Part shown: piece by piece, positions 39,614 to 46,451 of the stretch
How positions within the stretch are numbered: the first letter of the stretch is position 1
Layout: each line of letters starts with the position of its first letter
IMG/VR virus record: IMGVR_UViG_3300034013_000310
Span: 1-63,483 of that record
Reading direction: 5' to 3' (one strand)
Origin: a virus
Taxonomy: Duplodnaviria; Caudoviricetes
Length of the DNA: 63,483 nt
Notes under the pieces: generated by a model
The model's input: only the letters and a program-made list of their open reading frames with translations
Database searches by the model: none
What the model was told of the DNA's origin: nothing
Program-made: the position numbers and the translations under genes

Positions 39614-39803
39614 AGAAGAGGACTTCTTTTTACTGACAGACATACCGGAAGAAGACATCGTTGAGGTGATCTATCCAATTGTCAAAGAAGAACGCGATGG
39701 AGGTTATGAATACGACAATGAAATGCTATTCAAAGAACTAAAGAAACAATACCCGGACAACAACATATCAATGGTCGATGAGCCAATTGAAATAGTATTT
39801 TAG
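39579..39803 (+). CDS. Hypothetical acidic protein
   Basis: ORF track. Confidence 0.55.
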   Translation: MNFYRIKTTAYKEEDFFLLTDIPEEDIVEVIYPIVKEERDGGYEYDNEMLFKELKKQYPDNNISMVDEPIEIVF

Positions 39804-39945
39804 ATGTGGGTGAATATTGCAATCCTTACTTGTCGGTAATGTAGGCCGCTGTAATGCTTATGGTTAATACGCTTCTTCACCCTTAATTATCATCTCTCAT
39901 GGAGTGAAATTACAGCAAGACTGACTGACCGGAAAGCCGGTCAAT

Positions 39946-40019
39946 GTCCTCATAACTCAGTTGGTTAGAGTAACGGTCTCATAAACCGTAAGTCGCAGGT
40001 TCGAGCCCTGCTGGGGACA
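39946..40019 (+). tRNA. tRNA with CAT anticodon (Ile2/lysidine or elongator Met)
   Basis: Acceptor gtcctca/tggggac, D-arm ctcagttggttagag, anticodon arm acggt-ctCATaa-accgt, T-arm gcagg-ttcgagc-cctgc; CCA not encoded. Confidence 0.92.
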
Positions 40020-40041
40020 CTAATCTTTAAATCAAATCAAA

Positions 40042-40488
40042 ATGAAACAATTATTTATTGCACTTATGACTACATCATTGTGTTTCTCACAATGGACAAA
40101 CAAAACCATCAATAGTGATTTTGATGGTACATTCAAAAAATCCTACACAGAGACTAATAACAGAGGTTTTTTGGCAATGGAGCAAGGTATTTCATCAGAT
40201 ATGCCTTTGCTTTATCTATGCGGAAGTTATTTCTGTGACGACTCAGCAAATATCGATTTGGTATTTACGGTATCCGGGGAGTCTAAGAGATATAATCTCA
40301 GAGCCTCTAAATCAAGGGATAGCAAGTACTATTTCTTTAGCGACGACATTTGGACTGATGAGTTTATAAACGACTTTAAAACAGCCTCAAAATGCCTTAT
40401 AAGAGTTAATCAAGAATATTGCCAAGCAGACTACTACTCATTTAGCATGAGCGGATCCACATCAGCACTTAATTTTTTAAAAAGATAA
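40042..40488 (+). CDS. Secreted/periplasmic protein
   Basis: Signal peptide MKQLFIALMTTSLCFS then QW. Confidence 0.6.
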   Translation: MKQLFIALMTTSLCFSQWTNKTINSDFDGTFKKSYTETNNRGFLAMEQGISSDMPLLYLCGSYFCDDSANIDLVFTVSGESKRYNLRASKSRDSKYYFFSDDIWTDEFINDFKTASKCLIRVNQEYCQADYYSFSMSGSTSALNFLKR

Positions 40489-40509
40489 ACGACTAAAACA
40501 ATTTGAGTT

Positions 40510-40968
40510 ATGATAAACGAAATTGAAGTAGTTGATTACGAAATAGTGTCAGCTAAGAATAGCGGCTGCTTCCCTAAAGGTCATGAGCCATGGAACAAAG
40601 GACTAAAAGGTATTCATCTTAGTCCTTCTTCAGAATTTAAGAAGGGTGAAAAGGTGATGGATAAGCACCCGAGTTGGAAAGGTGGTGTTCAAATATTCAC
40701 TAAAGACTGCGCTTATGTATCCGTAGCACCAAACAAAAGAGTGAGAAGGCCTCGTAAAGTGTACGAGGAAACTGTTGGTCCGATACCTCCTGGGTGGGTT
40801 TTATTTCATATAGATGGAGATAGGTTTAACGATGACATTGACAACTTGATAGCCATACCAAGAGCTATACTTGTAGAGGTGAATGCGGGCCGGATAGGCT
40901 CGAACTATCATCAACTGAAAATCGCGGTAGAACTTTTTAATCAAAAACAAAATGGACTTACGAATTGA
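40510..40968 (+). CDS. HNH endonuclease with NUMOD-type repeats
   Basis: FPKGHEPWNKG, EFKKG, HPSWKGG and HIDGD..ND.IDNL motifs. Confidence 0.75.
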   Translation: MINEIEVVDYEIVSAKNSGCFPKGHEPWNKGLKGIHLSPSSEFKKGEKVMDKHPSWKGGVQIFTKDCAYVSVAPNKRVRRPRKVYEETVGPIPPGWVLFHIDGDRFNDDIDNLIAIPRAILVEVNAGRIGSNYHQLKIAVELFNQKQNGLTN

Positions 40969-41290
40969 ACACATTTTTAGAGAAGAAATGAAAGGAGATA
41001 CATCTTTTCAAGAAAAAGAAACTGGGTTAAGTTTGCTTTTCGGAACAAACAAATACTCTAAACAAGAAATGAGAGAAACTTGGGATAGAGGTATTAAACA
41101 CGGAATAGAAATAGGATTGCGAAAAGCAAGTTTAGAAGGGCAAAGGATTGAACTTAATCACAATACTCCAGAAGGAAAACATAAGGAGTTTCTTGAAAAG
41201 TTTTATCAATTGGCTGATGAATATAAATGTGCTGTTCAATATCATCCCGAAGTTGGAATGGTTGTAGTGGCTCGTCAAAATGGCTTATAA
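40952..41290 (+). CDS. Hypothetical protein; its stop codon forms the TAAC of attC-like site 1
   Basis: Ends ...ggcttaTAA c. Confidence 0.6.
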   Translation: MDLRIEHIFREEMKGDTSFQEKETGLSLLFGTNKYSKQEMRETWDRGIKHGIEIGLRKASLEGQRIELNHNTPEGKHKEFLEKFYQLADEYKCAVQYHPEVGMVVVARQNGL

Positions 41291-41417
41291 CGGTTCGCAG
41301 CCTTGCGTTAGTGCGGGCTTAAAATGCACTACACTTTGTTAAACCAAAAATGCTTAATTATGGCACAAAAGAAGAATAAACCACAAACCCCCGCATTACG
41401 CAAGACTGCTGTTAGTG
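41285..41417 (+). repeat. attC-like site 1
   Basis: TAAC-ggttc-gcagccttgcg[t]tagtgcggg ... cccgcattacgcaagactgc-t-GTTA. Confidence 0.75.
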
Positions 41418-41683
41418 GCAGTTTTATGTGCGCTCATGGTGCGGAAAACAAATGCAATGAACAATGCTTTACTTGTTCAGAAGATGAAAAGTGTGATGTA
41501 AAATACAGCTACAAAGCTACTATGATACATTATTTTCAATTTACAGAATGGATTGCTGAAAGGTACAATTATATTGGTGGTGAGTGGTGTTGCTGGTGTG
41601 CGAAACAATATGATATTAAAGATACAGAACGCTACAAGAATACTGGTGAATTATGGGCGTATTGGTGGGAAAATTGCCACTAA
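41360..41683 (+). CDS. Cassette 1 gene (Cys/Trp-rich hypothetical); start lies in the loop of site 1
   Basis: MAQKKNKPQTPALRKTAVSGS reads through the right arm; the stop codon is the TAAC of site 2. Confidence 0.6.
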   Translation: MAQKKNKPQTPALRKTAVSGSFMCAHGAENKCNEQCFTCSEDEKCDVKYSYKATMIHYFQFTEWIAERYNYIGGEWCCWCAKQYDIKDTERYKNTGELWAYWWENCH

Positions 41684-41732
41684 CGTTTTGCAAATAGGCA
41701 ATCGTTTTAATGTTGCTTATTTGCTGTTATGT
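41678..41732 (+). repeat. attC-like site 2 (minimal, 55 nt)
   Basis: TAAC-gtttt-gcaaataggcaa[t]cgtt ... aatgttgcttatttgc-t-GTTA. Confidence 0.75.
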
Positions 41733-41752
41733 TTAGTTAAAAATTACGGATT

Positions 41753-42103
41753 ATGAAGGTAATAATTGCAGGTGGAAGAACATTTAATGATTACGATTTG
41801 CTTTGCCAAAATTGTGACAAGACATTGAGTTTGCAAAATGAAATTGAAATAGTAAGCGGAACTGCAAATGGAGCAGATAAACTTGGCGAGAAGTATGCAA
41901 ACGAAAAGGGATACCCAATAAAGCAATTCCCTGCCGATTGGGATAAATATGGTAAAAGTGCAGGATACAAACGGAATGAAGAAATGGCTAAATACGCAGA
42001 TGCTTTAATTGCTTTTTGGGATGGTAAAAGTAAAGGCACTAAGCACATGATTGATTTGGCAAAGCGTTATGAATTAAAGGTGAAGGTAGTAATTTTTAAT
42101 TGA
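41753..42103 (+). CDS. Cassette 2 gene: SLOG/YspA-like (DUF2493) protein
   Basis: MKVIIAGGR.F.DY, IVSG.A.GAD.LG, FPADW..YGK.AG..RN..M, AFWDG.SKGT.HM. Confidence 0.85.
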   Translation: MKVIIAGGRTFNDYDLLCQNCDKTLSLQNEIEIVSGTANGADKLGEKYANEKGYPIKQFPADWDKYGKSAGYKRNEEMAKYADALIAFWDGKSKGTKHMIDLAKRYELKVKVVIFN

Positions 42104-42238
42104 AGCTAACGTTTCGCAACTACACGTCTGTTGCGTAAAAACACAAAACCATCTTTCAGTTTAACACGGAATTGAAAGGTACAAAACAATCATTAAATTA
42201 ATCACAAATGTAGCAATAGCGTGTAATTGCTGTTATAA
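42104..42238 (+). repeat. attC-like site 3
   Basis: TAAC-gtttc-gcaactacacg[t]ctgttgc ... gcaatagcgtgtaattgc-t-GTTA. Confidence 0.75.
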
Positions 42239-42249
42239 GCTGTTTTTTT

Positions 42250-42507
42250 ATGGACACTAAATTAAAATTCGTAAGATTAAAACAATACAATGAAGTTATA
42301 ATATTTCCTTGTGTTATAGAACATTCAAAGTTTAAACACCTAAACCCTATTTCTGCTGGATTTTGTTATGTTTTAGCTGATGAGCAAAAAGTTTCTTGTT
42401 TTGGAGAAAGTTACTCTTTAGGTTTGAAAGCAGACCAAACTCAAGACACAATAGAAGCTACTAAACAACTTTTCGGAATAGACGCTATGTTAAACGTTAT
42501 GCGTTAA
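42250..42507 (+). CDS. Cassette 3 gene (IIFP..IEH, PISAGFC, CFGES.SL)
   Basis: Single ORF filling the cassette. Confidence 0.65.
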   Translation: MDTKLKFVRLKQYNEVIIFPCVIEHSKFKHLNPISAGFCYVLADEQKVSCFGESYSLGLKADQTQDTIEATKQLFGIDAMLNVMR

Positions 42508-42513
42508 AATAGC

Positions 42514-42647
42514 TTATAACGCCCGCAGCTTGCTCGTCGTTGCGTTATTCAAACACTAAAACAATAAAAAATTAATAACTTTTAAATTTAAAAATTATGT
42601 TTACAAAAAATAAATTACTTAGCAATGCGTGCAAACTGCTGTTAGTA
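42514..42647 (+). repeat. attC-like site 4
   Basis: TAAC-gccc-gcagcttgctcg[t]cgttgc ... gcaatgcgtgcaaactgc-t-GTTA. Confidence 0.75.
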
Positions 42648-43046
42648 GTGATTGCTTTAACTTCTTGCGAACCTATGGTAGATAAGAATTTTAAAAGCTC
42701 AAAATTAGAATTAAGGCAATTAGTTCAAGAAACTGAAACAAAAAAATCGGCTTATGCATCTTATTTTTTAATTGCTGGAAGTTACGGACAAAGCGAAGAA
42801 AAAAATACAACTGTTAAAGTTTTTGCTAAAGTAGAAAACCGTTTCAGACTAATTGAAATGCCGATTGATGAAGTTAGAATAGCTATTGACAATAAATTAA
42901 AATCTCCTAATATTGAAATAGAATACATAAATGAAAAAAAGTATGGAGACGAAGAATTAGTTAGTAAAAAATGGGTTGACAAAGTTTATATCATAAATTG
43001 CCCTGAACAATTTCTTCCTGAAAAACTTTTACCGATTGGGCTTTAG
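42597..43046 (+). CDS. Cassette 4 gene: lipoprotein; start lies in the loop of site 4
   Basis: MFTKNKLLSNACKLLLVVIALTS-C signal peptide II with lipobox. Confidence 0.7.
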   Translation: MFTKNKLLSNACKLLLVVIALTSCEPMVDKNFKSSKLELRQLVQETETKKSAYASYFLIAGSYGQSEEKNTTVKVFAKVENRFRLIEMPIDEVRIAIDNKLKSPNIEIEYINEKKYGDEELVSKKWVDKVYIINCPEQFLPEKLLPIGL

Positions 43047-43064
43047 AATCACTACTAACTTGCA
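43047..43064 (+). repeat. Terminal half-site 5
   Basis: aatcactacTAAC is the exact reverse complement of the start of cassette 4; no matching right arm seen. Confidence 0.6.
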
Positions 43065-43113
43065 GATAGTCGCTATTTTATCACGCATACCTACCCAAAA
43101 TCAATAATAGATT

Positions 43114-43419
43114 ATGAAAGATTATTTTGAATTAGAATGCCTAATAGAGAATTGGGCCAAAGAGAAAGGAATACTTGACAAAGCCACTCCTTTGAAACAA
43201 GCTATGAAGACTCAAGAAGAAGTGACTGAGCTTTGTAATGCTATAATTGACGACAATAGAGACGAAATAAAAGACGCTATTGGAGACATAGTAGTAACAC
43301 TTATTATTCAAGCTAAAATGCAAGGAATGACGATAGAGGAATGTCTCAACGCAGCATACGATGTTATTAGTAAACGCACCGGCCAAATGATAAATGGACA
43401 ATTCGTTAAAGACCAATGA
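43114..43419 (+). CDS. MazG-like nucleotide pyrophosphohydrolase
   Basis: Q.MK..EEV.EL, DAIGD..VTL, CL..AY..I..R.G.MING.FVK. Confidence 0.85.
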   Translation: MKDYFELECLIENWAKEKGILDKATPLKQAMKTQEEVTELCNAIIDDNRDEIKDAIGDIVVTLIIQAKMQGMTIEECLNAAYDVISKRTGQMINGQFVKDQ

Positions 43420-43733
43420 AATCATTGAAACAGATATCGCTAGATCATGGAATTGCTAAGTCAACTCTATCTAATAGGATATACAGTATGAATATTAAGC
43501 CGGCAACAAAAGATGGTTGCTTCTTGTATAGTAAAGAGCAAGAGGAAATGATAACCAAGCCGGTGTTAGTGAAAAGCTCTTCAGCCAAACTTATAAGAGA
43601 GTTCGCGATGAGCCACACTTATTTGTCGGCTGAAGAAATAGCAAACTGTTTAGCGATAGATTTGAATTTAGTAATAAAAGCACTTAGAGAAGAATTAATA
43701 TTAGAATCGAAATTAAATGGATGGAATAGTTAA
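43416..43733 (+). CDS. Putative HTH DNA-binding protein
   Basis: SLKQIS...GIAKSTL and SAEEIA..L helix-turn-helix-like segments. Confidence 0.45.
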   Translation: MKSLKQISLDHGIAKSTLSNRIYSMNIKPATKDGCFLYSKEQEEMITKPVLVKSSSAKLIREFAMSHTYLSAEEIANCLAIDLNLVIKALREELILESKLNGWNS

Positions 43734-44004
43734 AAGAGTCAAGGATAAGTTTGACTCAAGATCAGAATTAGGTATCAAAAAATATGGTACAACACTACAA
43801 GACAATAATCTTCCAGCAATAGACTGGTTAAACCATCTACAAGAAGAACTTATGGACGCGATATTGTATTTGGAAAAGCTAAAATCTGAAGTGGAATCCA
43901 ATGACAATTTAGTAGTAACAAGAGAGTCGTGGGATAAAGCTGACAAAATTACAAAGGATGGATTTGTATATGTCAGATTTAATGACCTAACTATCTGTAA
44001 ATGA
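43717..44004 (+). CDS. All-alpha NTP-PPase-like phage protein
   Basis: RS..G.KKYGTTL and WL.HLQEELMDA.LY motifs. Confidence 0.6.
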   Translation: MDGIVKRVKDKFDSRSELGIKKYGTTLQDNNLPAIDWLNHLQEELMDAILYLEKLKSEVESNDNLVVTRESWDKADKITKDGFVYVRFNDLTICK

Positions 44005-44119
44005 GAAGGTTATTTTTAAAAGTAGGAATTTGGGCAATAGTTTTTTTAATAATTTTTTTATGTTTATTTACACTATTTGTACAATAAAATTACTATATTT
44101 GTGAATCAAATTTAATCAA

Positions 44120-44425
44120 ATGAAAAAGAAAATATTTAACCAATACTTAGCATTGGTATTGAAGATGTTCGGCATCACCATGGACGAATTGCTAACTAAA
44201 TCAAAGAAGAGACAAATTGTAGATGCAAAGCAATTATTAATCTACATGTGCTACAGAAGACAGATGAGGTTAGTCACAATCAAGGAGTATCTTGGTGATG
44301 TAGGCTACGTCATAGACAACAAGAATGTACTACACAGCATAAGAGCTGTAGATAAAAAAATCGAAGAAGATAGAGATCTGCAAACTATCATCAGAGATAT
44401 CGAGAATTCAGTATTCATTAATTAA
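44120..44425 (+). CDS. DnaA C-terminal-like HTH protein
   Basis: FGI...EL..KSKKR.IVDA.Q..IY and V.HSI..V patterns; own -7 box at 44094. Confidence 0.6.
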   Translation: MKKKIFNQYLALVLKMFGITMDELLTKSKKRQIVDAKQLLIYMCYRRQMRLVTIKEYLGDVGYVIDNKNVLHSIRAVDKKIEEDRDLQTIIRDIENSVFIN

Positions 44426-44439
44426 ATCAAATTTTTAAA

Positions 44440-45108
44440 ATGGGACAAACAGTGTTCGAAAAATTGTCGGCTATTAACGTAAACGACAAAGTAGAAAAGA
44501 AAAACGGTCTAACTTACCTTAGTTGGATTTACGCATGGGGTGAAGTAAAGAAAGCTTTCCCGAGTGCTACCTATCAAGTTAAGGGTGATCCAACAACTCA
44601 AAAGCCATACTTCTACGATGAGAATCTTGGTTACTTAGTTATGACCGAGGTTACAATTGAAGGTCAAACCTTAGAGATGTGGCTTCCGGTTATGGATGGC
44701 GCCAATAAAGCTATGATGACAAAACCATATACCTACAAAGGTAACGCCTGGATTGGTGGTCAAAAGAAAGAAGTAGACAAAACAGTAGAGGCAGCCACTA
44801 TGTTCGACATCAACAAAACTTTAATGCGATGCCTTACTAAAAACTTAGCTATGTTCGGTCTTGGACACTACATCTATGCCGGCGAGGATATTCCTGAAAT
44901 AGAGTCAGCACCGGCGGCACCGGCTCAACCCGAGCCTAAAAAAGAGTTAGAGTTCTTGAAAAAAGGAACTACCGATTGGGACAATGTAAAGACATACATC
45001 GAGGCAAACAAAGCTTTAGGTTATGAGAAAATAGAGGCTCAAGTTAGCAGAAGATTTAAGTTATCTCCGGCAATCAAAAAAGAAATCAAAACTTTAATTG
45101 AATCATAA
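44440..45108 (+). CDS. Single-strand annealing protein (Sak/Rad52-like, DUF1071)
   Basis: EKK.GLTYLSW..AW, MWLPVMD..N, DINKT.MRCL.K..AMFGLG.YIYAGED. Confidence 0.85.
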   Translation: MGQTVFEKLSAINVNDKVEKKNGLTYLSWIYAWGEVKKAFPSATYQVKGDPTTQKPYFYDENLGYLVMTEVTIEGQTLEMWLPVMDGANKAMMTKPYTYKGNAWIGGQKKEVDKTVEAATMFDINKTLMRCLTKNLAMFGLGHYIYAGEDIPEIESAPAAPAQPEPKKELEFLKKGTTDWDNVKTYIEANKALGYEKIEAQVSRRFKLSPAIKKEIKTLIES

Positions 45109-45854
45109 TGGCACACGTAAACGAAAAAATACTTGAGTTACTCAGAGATGATAAAGAGTATTATGCCGGAGTCGGAAAAGACTTCCTATCCAATTCAGAC
45201 ATTGGAACATTATTAAGCAATCCGAAAGAGTTCGGTAAACCAAGGGAGGACAATAAAGCCTTTATGGAAGGCAGATACTTCCATCAGTTGTTATTAGAGC
45301 CGGAGAAAGCTAAAGATGTGCTATACGTTAGTGCTAGCACAAGAAATACCAATATCTACAAAGACTTCTGTAGAGAGCAAGGTATCGACATGTGTTTGCT
45401 TGAGTCAGAGGTTAAGGACGTGCAAAACCTTGTATCTATTATCAATGGAAACATTGCGTTCTTTGAGGTTATTCACAAGAAAGGTAACCAATACGAGGTT
45501 CCGGCAATTGGAGAAATCCAAGGCATGATGTGGAAAGGCAAGGCAGACATCATAACAGATGAGGCTGTTATTGATCTAAAGACTACATCAGACATCGAGA
45601 AGTTCAAATGGAACGCCAAGAAATACAACTATGACTCTCAGTGCTACATCTACCAAAAGTTATTCGGTAAGCCACTCGTGTTTTATGTTATCGACAAAGT
45701 AACCGGTGTATTAGGCATCTTCAAACCTACTGAGGAGTTTGTTGCTAGCGGAGAACTCAAAGTGGCTAGAGCTATCGATATGTACCAAAGATACTTCGGC
45801 CCATCACCATCAGACGATGTAGACAACTATTACGTTGACGAATTACTTTACTAA
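45108..45854 (+). CDS. PD-(D/E)XK exonuclease (DUF3799/RecE-like)
   Basis: LSNSDI, G..FH..LLEP, KGKAD, IDLKTT, Y..Q..IY. Confidence 0.8.
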   Translation: MAHVNEKILELLRDDKEYYAGVGKDFLSNSDIGTLLSNPKEFGKPREDNKAFMEGRYFHQLLLEPEKAKDVLYVSASTRNTNIYKDFCREQGIDMCLLESEVKDVQNLVSIINGNIAFFEVIHKKGNQYEVPAIGEIQGMMWKGKADIITDEAVIDLKTTSDIEKFKWNAKKYNYDSQCYIYQKLFGKPLVFYVIDKVTGVLGIFKPTEEFVASGELKVARAIDMYQRYFGPSPSDDVDNYYVDELLY

Positions 45855-45932
45855 AAAAGCAGAGTCAAAGCTTAGCCTTAGAGGTTTTGGCTCTGTTAAA
45901 ATAGACTAAGGCATCATTTAATATTTAGTACA

Positions 45933-46241
45933 ATGGCACAAGACCAAGAAGAAAAAATTTTTGCAGATGGATTCGTCTTCAAAAGAAACGAGAAAGCACC
46001 CGAGTTTGTAATCGGTAGAATGAGTATCAAAGTAGATGAAGCTATCGCCTTTATCAAAGCCAATGAAAAGAGTGGCTGGGTAAACTTGCAAGTAAAACAA
46101 GCAAGAAGTGGTAACTACTACGTTGAGTTAGATACATTTGAAGCCAAGTCGAAAGACAGCGCTGTAGACAAATACATGAATGCTAAACAACAACCACAAC
46201 CACCGGCTGAAGATGAAGAAGGAGATGAACTTCCGTTCTGA
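45933..46241 (+). CDS. Putative single-stranded DNA-binding protein
   Basis: Acidic tail ending DELPF; follows SSAP and exonuclease. Confidence 0.7.
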   Translation: MAQDQEEKIFADGFVFKRNEKAPEFVIGRMSIKVDEAIAFIKANEKSGWVNLQVKQARSGNYYVELDTFEAKSKDSAVDKYMNAKQQPQPPAEDEEGDELPF

Positions 46242-46253
46242 TGCCACGAAAAT

Positions 46254-46277
46254 AGGGAGGTTCGCCTCCCTTTTTTT
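46254..46277 (+). terminator. Rho-independent terminator
   Basis: agggagg-ttcg-cctccct followed by a T-tract. Confidence 0.9.
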
Positions 46278-46289
46278 ACCAATTATCCA

Positions 46290-46447
46290 TGTCGGAAATG
46301 CGGTTTTTTGTGTTTCTATTAATATATATATATAATTATATAATATTATTTTTTTTTAAATTTAATTTAATAAAGTAAAATTAACATAATCGACAAACTA
46401 TTTAATAATCAATTAGTTAACAAAAAAATATCGACATAAAATCGACA
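46290..46447. other. Origin-like element 2
   Basis: (AT)n tract, TCGACA at 46390, 46431 and 46442, and the same 18-mer ttaataatcaattagtta as element 1; abuts the primase gene. Confidence 0.55.
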
Positions 46448-46451
46448 TAAG

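Noticed and set aside
41285-43064. CRISPR array or simple terminators
   Set aside because: Repeats are not identical, the spacers are whole genes, there are no cas genes, and the cassette-end complementarity is not explained by terminators
45108-45854. Cas4 / CRISPR adaptation gene
   Set aside because: Lacks the four-Cys Fe-S pattern and sits in an SSAP-exonuclease-SSB recombination block
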